DNA from: Octopus sinensis
Taxonomy: Eukaryota
Reading direction: 5' to 3'
Assembly: GCF_006345805.1 (NCBI RefSeq)
Contig: NW_021833708.1
Coordinates: forward strand, 1-64,000
Length of the DNA: 64,000 bases
The notes under the pieces were generated by a model, which was not told the origin of the DNA, did not search any database, and was given only the letters and a program-made list of their open reading frames with translations. Of the stretch, positions 35,658 to 46,899 are shown in pieces; position 1 is the first letter of the stretch; every line of letters starts with the position of its first letter. A program made the position numbers and the translations under genes.

Positions 35658-37169
35658 GTGAGTATAAAATACCCAATTAATTTCTATAAATTTTGCTTTC
35701 AGCTAAGCTTTTGTTTGTTTGAATGACTGAGAACCGGTTCCATTCCTAATTTCCAATTGAAAGTTTAGCTATAAAGTAAAGCTATCACTGAAATTTCATA
35801 AAATATCTACGGACGTCAGCACGGTTGTAAAATGAATAAATTAGAAGGTCCAGTAGAGTTAATACTATCGTTTGTAAAAGGGGACTCAAAAATATTGTCA
35901 TTTAAGAGTAAACAGGTGAATTAATGACAATGTTTTTGCTTGTTTACACTTTTAGTAATTTTACTGGTAGGTTGAGGCAGATATCTCCCTTAATCTGGCA
36001 GAATTAAGGGGAAAGGGTTCCAGATGTGCCATCATGTTTTCTCTTGGGTGAAGAGGACCATAATATCAAATGCAACCTTTTTAAAATGAGAGTGTGCATT
36101 GTGTGGGACATGTTGTCATCTCTCCCCTGGCCAGTCTGTTTTTCTATATTTATTGTAATTCTTTAGTCCCAGGTCAACATATATTTCCTGTCTCTATAGA
36201 AGACAGGCCCCATTGTCGATTGTGTTCATGGCTGGATTGAACTCAGCATTGTAAGTTAATGAAACACTCATTTATATTAGAAAAAAAGAATCTCAACAGA
36301 AAATTCAAACTCAACTCAATTTTGTTCTCAATTGAAATCATTTCACTCTCCTTTACATTACAAATGTCACATGGAAAGGCATGAACATCACAATATCCCA
36401 TTTCCCCTTGTCTGACAGTTTAACAACATAAAATATCATTTATACTATTATTTACAGCAATGCCCCTATTATTTACAGCAATGTCTTCTACCTCCCTATG
36501 GTACCTATATACATCTAGATAGACTGCAGCATAGAGAAATGTCTTTACAAGTACTTTTGAGCTATACTGGGGACTAGACTTGACTCAAGAGATCATGATA
36601 ATATCCCCTGAGTCAGCTGATATAAATCATCATCATCATCATTTGACATCCATTTTCCATGCTGGTATGAGTTGGATGGTTTGACTGAAGTCTGGAGAGC
36701 CAATGGCTGCACCAGGCTCCAATCTGATCTGGCAGTGTTTCTACAGCTGGATGCCCTTCTTAGTGCCAAACGCTCCGAGTGAGTAGTGGGTGCTTTTTAT
36801 GTGCCGCCAGCATGGAAGTCAGTCAGGTGGTCCTGGCATCAGTCATGTTTGGATGGTCCTTTTTACGTGCCACCAGCACATGGAGTCAGTCAGATCACAC
36901 TGGCATTCACCACATTCAGATGATGGCTTTCATGTGCCACCAGAACGGGGGCTAGTCAGGGGGCACTGGCCACAGCTGCAATTTTGGTTTTACTTGACTC
37001 AACAGGTCTTCTCAAGCATATCATATCACCCAATGCATCGAGGGTGCTCTTAAATGGGCCGGACATGCAACACTGGCATTGGCCATGGCTACGATCTCAT
37101 TTTAGTTGCCGGGTTTTCTCAATCACAGCATATTTCTCAAATCTTGGTCTCCTGTCATTGCCCCTGTGA

Positions 37170-38230
37170 GGCCCAATGTTCGAAGGCCATGCTTCATCAT
37201 CTCATCCCATGTCTTCCTGGATATACCTCTTCCACAGGTTCCTTCTACAGTTAGGAAGTGGCACTTCTTCACACAGTCGTCCTCATCCATACGTAACACA
37301 TGACCATACCAGCGTAGTCATCTCTCTTGCACACCATGTTTAATGCTTCTCATGTCCAACATGTCCTCAGCAGTCATGGCCCATGTTTCACTGCCATGTA
37401 GCATGGAAGTTCGCACTCAGAAACGATTTATCTAAATTAAGAAAGGACATCATCTACAACATTGCCAGCTTGCTATATGTCTGGGAGTCATACAAGATGT
37501 ACCAGTCATATACTGGGCAAAAATCAATCCACTAACACCAGGTCCATTATCATCATCCCCTTACATCCATTTTTCTAAGTTTGTAATGGTCAGACGACTT
37601 TTCCCAGAGTCGTTGTGGTCCTTTGTCAGGTTTGATCGCTTGTTTCCTTCAACTTGATTTCCAGGCATTTCTTTATCCAAATTTCATCCTCCATGTCCCT
37701 TCTATATCTATACTATTATCTTTTTTCTTGTACACTATCACAGATTTTTCAACACATTAACATTACACATTTAGTGATGTGTGCTCATCTCACTTCCTGC
37801 CAGTTTCCATGCATCCTCCACATTCCATGTAACATTGCAATTTCTCCTTCATTTGGAGACAGAATCCCTTAGTTGCCAGTAGACCTAACAGCTCCCTGTA
37901 CATTTTTCATCTCATTTTCCTTCTAACTACTGTGCTTTCAGAATAGTCTCCTCCACTTCTAATTCTGTCTCTTAGGTCACAGAAACTATCAACTATGCCT
38001 TTATTACTTGTACCTACTACAAACTTATCCTGTATATCTGCTACTTACAAAGTCCTTCCCTAACCTTAACCTGCCCTCCCTGTAAACTTGCTTGTTTGTG
38101 GATGCAGTGATTCTTTCAGGACCCAAGTGTTGTAGGTGTATGGCGTAGATGTTGGTGATTCTTGTCTTATTGCCTACAAACTAAAACTCTTCTCATTGCT
38201 AAGGCCTCTCCTGTATTAAATACTTTGAAA
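37170..38230 (-). mobile_element. Decayed RTE RT fragments
   Basis: Minus strand reads RWYGHVLRMDEDDCVKKC...GRGISRKTW. Confidence 0.6.
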
Positions 38231-39192
38231 TTGTGGCCTTGATCCAGTGAAAGAAGTTCTTGTTATAAGTCATGAATCCAAAAACCTTAAGCCAGTGCCC
38301 TCTATAGTATGTGATATTTACCTAACAGTATTTTATTTTTACTTTCTGTGGTTGAAATCATTTAGGTTCATAATCCCCATTTTTGAAATATTTTTAAATG
38401 TTGATAATTTTGAAATTTCTATTAATCATAGGTGGAAAGACATCACAAATGACTATTTCAGGCATTGATCACAGGATGTTATCAAACGACTGCGATTGTA
38501 TTCCTCCAAAGAGTCTCTGGAGTAACGTTACTCAACAAGGTGTGCAGGCTGGAGATTTGGGGTCTCTCCAGGTCAAGTGACTGCTTCTCTGCATTGAGAA
38601 TTCACAGCTCCAGTACTCCTGGCATGTGATTAAAATGTCACAGGAAAGAACCACAAGAGGGATTCTTCAAGCTGAGCCAACCGACAGGAGACCTAGGGGT
38701 AGAGCAAGAATGAGATGGTTGGATGATATCCATAGTTTCAATTGGTCATGTTTGGAAATCCTTTCAGAACTTCTAATGAAGGTTGCTTCTGATAGAATTG
38801 CATGAAGGAGGTGCCTGAAGACTCTACCCCTAAAACTCTCCTATGAATAGAGCCCAGAGAAGATGGACAGATGGATAAAATTATCTAACTATTGGTGGTC
38901 TTTGTTGATTCTTTAGGCTCTCATACACTTCTTCTGCCAGTTGTTCACCAGGCATTTTCTCTTGTGTAATTTTCAATTAATTTTTTTTAAATATTCTTCT
39001 TCTTCTCCAGCCTTTTTTTCAAATTCTTTGCTATTTTTATCAACATCTTTAGAAATAGATAACAATGTCTTCTAATTTCCCTGTTTCTTAAGTATCTCTC
39101 ACTCTTCTATTCACATAATTTCTTTGTCGTAATTAATACAGGTTTTATATTATCATTAATGCTGTTGTAATTATTTCTTATTTCTTTTGCAG

Positions 39193-39410
39193 GAAGGGAA
39201 TTAGGAATTAAACAAGATGACCTGGAAATCATCAGGCATGACTATTCCTCCAGCGTTGTGGAACAAGGTTTCCAGATGCTGCTCAAATGGTGTCGAAGCA
39301 ATGACCCAGAGAAACGTACACTTCGAATATTAAAAGCAGCTCTTGAAAGAACTGACTGTTTCGGTGCAATTGAATGTTTATCATCAGAATTCAATCGAAT
39401 TTCTTTGTAA
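39193..39410 (+). CDS. Terminal exon, death domain (GRELGIKQDDLEIIRHDYSSSVVEQGFQMLLKWCRSNDPEKRTLRILKAALERTDCFGAIECLSSEFNRISL*)
   Basis: tttcttttgcag acceptor, TAA at 39408-39410. Death-domain pattern (EQ..QML..W, T...L..AL). An AATAAA lies at 39657-39662. Confidence 0.92.
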
Positions 39411-40269
39411 ATTGTTGCTGTTGCTTAGTCCCACATCTATCTTCACCACAGATCTATTATCAAATGCCTTCCATCCAGGACCATCCTGTCTTTTCCCTAA
39501 GTATAGAGAACAGAACCACATAGTTAAATGTGTCCTTCTTTAAGGCAACAGGTTTTGAATGGAGTAGGATTTGGTTACTAATTCTAGCAGATCTATCTAC
39601 CACATGCAGACCCGCTTATTGGTTTGGCTCCCTCGTTGTTCGAGATTAACTGTGGAAATAAAGACAAACTTTGAAATTTCATTTGTTGTTGTTGTTGTTG
39701 TTGTAAGTCCCAGCATCTCCCTAAACACTTCCATTGTTATAGAGACAGTTTAAATATCCTGTGGAATTTTTCAAAAAACGAAAGTTGTAAATTCCATTTT
39801 GTGAAACTTACTTAAAATGCACATTTTGTTTTCAAGTAGAACCTCCTTGTGGACACAATTGTCAGTCAATATACAGTTTCTATTTGTCTCAGCCAATATT
39901 TTTACATTAGCCTTCATCCAAAATCTAGAAAAGGAAACTTACAGCTGACCACGAAAGCACCCAAAATCTCTCACTTCTGAACTTCTTCAAAGCAGCCTGG
40001 AAATTGATCCAAAAAGAGATCCTCAGACGGTACTGGCCAAAATGTCTCTTCACACCAGACATTGGCATGAAACTAGAATATTTCATGTCTGTTATGCAAG
40101 CCATATGCCAGAAATATGTCCCAGAGCACAAGGCTAACACAAAAAAGAAGGAGATTCCAAGGGAGAGGAAGATCCTCATGAGAGACGGACAAAGGTTGCA
40201 AATCGTTTCAACCAACGTTCCAAAAGTAGCGAAAGGTCCCGCCTAAAAACAACATTGATGGAGATTGAA

Positions 40270-41880
40270 AAAAGCCTTGAAAAATATTGCCCAACCAGTT
40301 TGGAGAAGATATAGGTTAGACAAAATGCAGCTCGGTTTTACCCTGGGGAGAAGTACGGCTGAGGCTATTTCTATAGTCAGGCAACTTCAAGAGAAATACT
40401 TAGCCAAGAATATACCATTACTCAGAAAGGATGAAAGGCAAAGTCGACCTTGGCGGAATTTGAACTCAGAACGTCAAGACATCCGAAATGAACTATAGAA
40501 AGCCTTCGATAAAGCACATCTACTGTGCGCTGTCAGTAAGTTGAGAATTAACCACGAGAAAAGCAAAGAATTTGGTGTTCATCTAGGCTCAATCGTTAGT
40601 CCCCTACTTTTCATTATTGTCCTCCAGGCAATAACAGAGGAATTCAAAACTGTCGGCCTTTGGGAAGTACTTTATACTATCTTGCCCTCATAGCAGATTC
40701 TGTATCAGCGCTAGAAAAGAAATTCCGAGTATGGAAGCACAGCCTGGAATCTAAGGGCCTTAAGGTTAACTAAGCAAGAAAACAGACAAGACACTACCCA
40801 CTTCAGGTATGTGGCCCTGCCCGATTTGCAGGAAAGGTGTAGGCAGGAATTCCATATGGTATAGTGTGTGTAAGCTATGGACATACAAGGGGTACAGTGG
40901 AATGATAGGAAGGTTATCAGAGAAAGTAGTGTTCATATGTAGAAAATGCATACGAACCGTAAAAATTATAGATATTCATGAGATTGATTTTTTTAGATGT
41001 CCTTGAGGTTCTTGAAAGGTAGTGGATAATTCCTGCTAACTAGGGGATCAAATTAGTAGTGGGGGAGAATATACTACAAGTACAATAGCTAGAATAAGAA
41101 TAGGATAGAGAAAATTTAGAGAGTTTTTAGCTCCGTTGGCAACGAAATATTTCTCTGATCTAGTGAAAAGAAGCGAATGTGATGCATGCATATGAACCGC
41201 AATTGTACACGGTAGCGAGACGTGGGGCCTGGAAGCAGAGGACATGCGATGGCTACAGAGGAATGAGGGTAGTATACTCCTCTGAATGTGTAATGTAAGT
41301 GTACATACACGACAGATTGTTAATCTGCTGAAGGCGAAGTTAGGTATAAGAGGGATTAGATGCAGTGTGCAAGAGAGAAGACTGCCTGAGTTTGGTCGTG
41401 AGATGCAGATGGATACCGACAGCTTCATAAAGAAGTGACGTTCCCTCAAAGTGGATAAAACTCGTGGAAGTAGGAGACCCAGGAAGACATAGGTCGGAGT
41501 ACTGAAAGACACCCTCAGGAAGCAAAACTTTTCAGACAAGATGACAAAGGATTGCGATAACCTGGGGCCTTCTTGTACTCAAGACCTGCCCTCCACAACA
41601 GAAGTGTTAAAGCCGCAGCCCCTGGTGCAAAGGAATGATCTCCAAGAGTCCTCTGCTGGTGCCACGTAAAAATAACCCATACCAGTGCCATGAAAAGGTG
41701 ATCGCGCCAGTGGCACATTAAAACCACGCCACAAACACTGTAGAAAGCGTATCCAGCTGTAGAACCCAAACCTCGTGCTGTTCTCCAGCTTGACAGCTGA
41801 GGTGAAAACGTCCAACCCATGCCAGCATGGAAAACGAATGTTAAAGGATGCTGACGCTGATGCGGATGATGTTGATGAAA
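40270..41880 (+). mobile_element. Decayed RTE LINE 3' portion with (GAT)-type tail; CR1-like linker fragment just upstream (about 39860-40270)
   Basis: QLGFTLGRSTAEAISIVRQLQEKYLAK, CPICRKGVGRNSI and GSRRPRKT, ending in cgtccaacccatgccagcatggaaaacgaatgttaaaggatgctg. Confidence 0.7.
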
Positions 41881-42230
41881 GACAATGTATTACAACAGAA
41901 ATGTAGTAAAAAAAAACAGAAAAAGGATTAAAACCATCCATCAAAACTTCAAATTAATTTGTTCTAAACGCCAGCTTAATAATAAATTTAATAATAATAA
42001 TAATAATGATGATGATGATGATATAATAATATTAATAATGATAATAATAATAATGATAATAATAGTAATAATAATAATAATAATAACGATAATAATAATG
42101 ATAATGATGATAATAATAATAATAAGCTTAATAATAAACTTGAAATTAATTTGTTCTAAACGCCAGCTTAATAATAAACTTAATAACAATAATAATAATA
42201 ATAGTAGTAGTGTAGTAGTAGTAGTAGTAA

Positions 42231-44870
42231 GGTCTGTACCATCAAAAGAAGAAGTGCAGGGATTTTGGAATAAAATTTGGGCAGAAGAAAAAAACACAAC
42301 GAAAGGGGCCCCTGGATTGATAGAATATCTACAGAACTGGACCCCTTAGAAGAGCAAAAGTGGGAGGGTGTCAAGGTAGAAGATATAAGATCTGCTCTCA
42401 GGAGGTCAAGCAAATGGAAGTCTCCAGGAAAGGATAAAATTCCTAACTTCTGGTTGAATGTCTTCCCAGAGAGCCATGAACTGCTAACAGAACTTTACAA
42501 TGATGTTTTGCAACACCCTAGTAGGATGCCTCCTTTTTTTCATGGGTTAACATTCCTGCTTCCAAAAAGTGAAGAAACAAATGAACCAAAAAACTATAGA
42601 CCCATAACCTGCTTAACAACTATGTATAAAACGCTAACATCTGTCCTGACGGAATATACTTATAGTTTTTTAACAGACAGCAGCATATTCCCTAATGAAC
42701 AGAAAGGATGTAAACGTGGATCCTACGGCTGTAAAGATCAACTACTCATCAATAAGATGATCTTAGAAGATTGTCACAAACGACACAAAAACTTATCAAT
42801 AGCCTGGATAGGCTATAAAAAGGTTTTTGATAGCCTACCACATAGCTGGATTAGGAAATGCCTGGAAATGTATAAGATAGCACCTACTCTGCGAAACTTT
42901 TTGACTGTAAGTATGAGATCATGGAGAACCACACTAACTCTGGACAGTGACAATGAATCCCTAAATGCCTGTGATGTAAAAATTTCATGTGGCATTTTCC
43001 AGGGTGACTCACTGTCACCACTCCTCTTTTGTTTAGCCTTAATACCTCTCTCAAAACTGCTCAACGACGCGCAGTACGGGTATAAAATGTTTGATAAAAA
43101 TATAAATCATTTCATTTACATGGATGATTTAAAGCTTTTTGCAAAAAATGATCAACAACTCAAGGGCATACTAGCGATAGTCAAACAATTCAGTGACGAC
43201 ATCAGAATGCAATTCGGCCTCGATAAATGTGCAAAAGCTACCTTTATCAAAGGAAAAATGACAGAAACATCTAACGTTAACCTTGACCAGCAGAATGTCA
43301 TAAAAGAACTAGACCCAGCGGAGAGCTACAAGTACCTAGGGGTAATTGAAGGGAACAGAATAAGGCATTCAGAGATGAAGGAAAGGATCAGGAGAGAATG
43401 TTATCGAAGAGTGAGAGCAATACTCAAGACAGTGCTGAATGCAAGAAACAGGATCGAAGCGATCAATGCATTAGCCATACCAGTCGTGACTTACAGTTTC
43501 AATATCGTTAACTGGTCAATTACTGAAATATGTCAGCTCGACAGAAAAATACGAATACTGTTGACAATGCATAGAATGCACCACCCTAAGGCAGATACAG
43601 AACGACTTTATCTGCTTAGAAAAGAGGGAGGCCGTGGTCTTTTACAACTGGTAATAAGAATGAAGATTGCTACAATTGGCCTAGACACCTACCTGAAAAA
43701 GTCTGAGGACTGGATGTTAAAACTTGTCTCAAAACATGAAAACAAGAAAGCATCATACTCAGTAACAAAACTGGCAAAGGAATATCTAAGTGAATTCCGA
43801 ATACAACAAATTTCGGAATTAGAGATAGACATACAAGAAACAAGCACAGAAAAAGCTAGGCGCATGAAAACCCGTGCCAAAACTGCGGCCTTAGATATTC
43901 TGAATAATAAATGGCAAGAAAAACCTCTCTATGGCAAACACCCAAAGAGAGCGAATAATGCAGATATTGACAAACCCCTGACCCATCAATGGCTAATGGC
44001 CTCTGGCTTAAAATCTGAAACAGAAGGGTTTATCATAGCAGCTCAAGATCAATGCCTACCAACAAGAAACTACCAGGCCAACATATTAAAGAACGGCAGT
44101 AGCCCAACATGTCGTGTATGCCGACAACAAAATGAAACCATTGATCATGTTGTCTCCAAATGCAGTCTTCTAGCGCCTACAGAGTACCTCAACAGGCATG
44201 ATAGAGCTGCACAATATATTCACTGGGTAATTTGCAAAAACCTGGATTTGCCCCATGAAAAAAAACTGGTGGGAACACAATCCACCTCCAGTGCTTGAAA
44301 ATGATCACATGTCACTCCTCTGGAACTTCACCATTCAAACTGACAGAAATATAGATGCAAATAGGCCAGACATCCTATTGAAAGACTTCAGACAAAGAAC
44401 ATGCCTCCTCATTGATATGACTGTCCCAATCGATATAAACGTATCTGTCAAGACCTACCAAAAACTGAGCAAATATAAAGATCTTGAAATAGAAATCAGC
44501 AAAATGTGGAACCTGAAGACTAAAACAATTACCTGTTGTCATAGGTGCCCTGGGAATGATAGCGAAAGGGGCTGACTGCTTCCTAACTCAGATACCAGGA
44601 AACCCCAAAATGGCAGAAATTCAAAAGATAGTGCTCATGGGAACTGCTCATATCCTACGCAAAATACTTTCTATGTAATCCCAAGGTTTAAAACAAACTT
44701 TTTTTTAAATTTATGTATTAGACATTCACTAGTACAACACAACCCCCCCCCCCCAAATATATGGCACACTAGGCATAACAACAACGTGAACTTCCAACCT
44801 GTTGTCTCTTGAGGTCTCTGGGTGAGACTTGGAGCCAACTCGTACAAACATAAAGCAAAAGTCAAACATA
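42231..44870 (+). mobile_element. 5'-truncated R4-clade (Dong-like) non-LTR retrotransposon: RT + CCHC + restriction-like endonuclease, inside (TAA)n
   Basis: ORF 42277-44298 has GIFQGDSLSPLLF, YMDDLKL and CRVCRQQNETIDHVVSKC. Frameshifted RLE domain RPDILL...LIDMTVP...KYKDL, with stop at 44676-44678. (TAA)n on both flanks. Confidence 0.9.
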
Positions 44871-44948
44871 TAATAATAATAATAATAATAAAATAATAAT
44901 AATAATAATAATAATAGTAATAATAATAATAATAAAAACTACTGAATG

Positions 44949-45015
<67 letters not shown>

Positions 45016-45514
45016 CGGTCGTTAATTATACAATAACCCAGTATATTTATATAGTTGTATGGATGTGAGGGTGAATGTGAGAACGGGAGGGAGAAAGAGA
45101 GTGAGTGTGTGTGTGTGTGTGTGCGGCCCGGTGTGTTTGTGCGTGTGTGTCTGTGAGTTAATTAATGTGTCTACCTCGCAGACACGCCGTACAAAATACT
45201 TAGCAGCATTTTTTGTTCGTCTATGCGTTCTGAGTTCAAATTCCGCCGAGGTCGACTTCGCCTTTTATCCTTTCGGGGTCGATAAAATAAGTACCAGTTG
45301 AGAACTCCGGGGGTCGATGTAATCGACCTGCACCCTCCTCTAAAATTCCTGGTCTTGTGCCAAAATTTGAAATCAATATAGTGATTTCGTTAAACGCATT
45401 GATTACATTACAGGAGTACAATAGCCATCTTGGGCTTTTTATTCCCACATTAAAAGTTTTCAACCCAACATTTGTTTCTGCTAGTGTATATTGCTTATTG
45501 TTTTTATGTCAAGC

Positions 45515-46051
45515 TATACACACACACATGCATACATACATACATACATACACACACACATGCATACATACATACATTCATACATACATACACATGCATA
45601 CATACATACATACACACATACATACATATATATATACATACATACATACACACACACACACATACATACATACATACATACATACATACACACACATGCA
45701 TACATACATACATACATACATACATACATACATACATACATACATACATACATGCATACATACATGCACGCACACATACATACATACATGCATGCATACA
45801 TACATAGGTGCATACATACATACATACATGCACACATACATACATACATACATACATACATACATTCATACATACATAGATACATACAAACATACATACA
45901 TACATACATAAATACATACGTACATACATACCCTGTTGTTGATGGAAGGAGCCTTGCATCTAGGTTAGAAACCGGTTCTTTCTTTATTGGCAAGAAACCG
46001 TGAAATAAACTGAATAATGACATACACACATATATAATACATACATACATT

Positions 46052-46083
<32 letters not shown>

Positions 46084-46190
46084 CATGCATACATACATAC
46101 ATACATACATGCATACATACATACATACATACATACATACATACATACATACATACATACATACATACATGCGTACATACATACATACAT
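45515..46190. repeat. Long (CATA)n microsatellites; other large simple repeats at about 245-500, 3740-3900, 4046-4372, 7587-8008, 46350-46447, 57935-58216 and 58825-59030
   Basis: Direct reading. Confidence 0.95.
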
Positions 46191-46357
46191 AATGAAATAA
46201 AAGGATTTCCTCAGTACTTTTTAGTAGAGTACATGTTTATGAAATTTTGTAAAGAAAAAGGTAGACAGTGACTTCGACGTATCGGACGATAGTTTGATGA
46301 CTGCGAGCAGGCCGAACCTTTTGAAGTTACTGTGTTTTTTTCCTTGAAGTACCCCCC

Positions 46358-46451
<94 letters not shown>

Positions 46452-46899
46452 GATACTGTGCAAGCGCAGTACGAGCTACTACGTTAAAATTTTTGGTTCG
46501 CAACCACGAGGTCCCGGTTTCGATCCAACTGCATGGCATCTTTGATACATATAATTTTCTATGTAGACTGGCATTGGCCTATACCTTGTGAAGGAAATTT
46601 AATGGGACAGGAACGGTAGAATGAGTGGACAAATGAAAGAAAAAAGGCACTCAACATATTTTGTAGGAGTTACTTGTATTATTAATTAAAGCAGTCTGTT
46701 TCGGCTCCATGCAACATTGAGTTTCCTAGGATTCTTACAGAAACCTAGCTCGTTCAGACGAAGATTACAGAAATTGTTAACCTGAACCAGAACCAGCTAG
46801 GATTCTGTAAAAATTTTACGAAACTTTAAGTCGCATAAAATCGAATCAAACAGTTTTTAAAATAATAATAATGATAACAACAACAACAACAACAATAGT

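Larger units (their letters stand above)
13776..39410 (+). other. Multi-exon gene: ankyrin-repeat + RING-HC + death-domain protein (Mind-bomb-like ANK-RING fused to a death domain), about 700-740 aa
   Basis: Exons chained manually with AG/GT boundaries and matching phases: 13776-13859, 15473-15624, 19609-19765, 20640-21406, 23427-23462 (1 nt short), 28927-29139, 30836-31014, 33007-33149, 33998-34048, (34162-34211, 34322-34370), 34480-34530, 35586-35657, 39193-39410. Confidence 0.88.

Noticed and set aside
13776-39410. Assigning the symbol MIB1/MIB2
   Set aside because: It lacks MIB-HERC2, ZZ and REP modules within the window, has one RING rather than three, and has a death domain, so orthology is not supportable.
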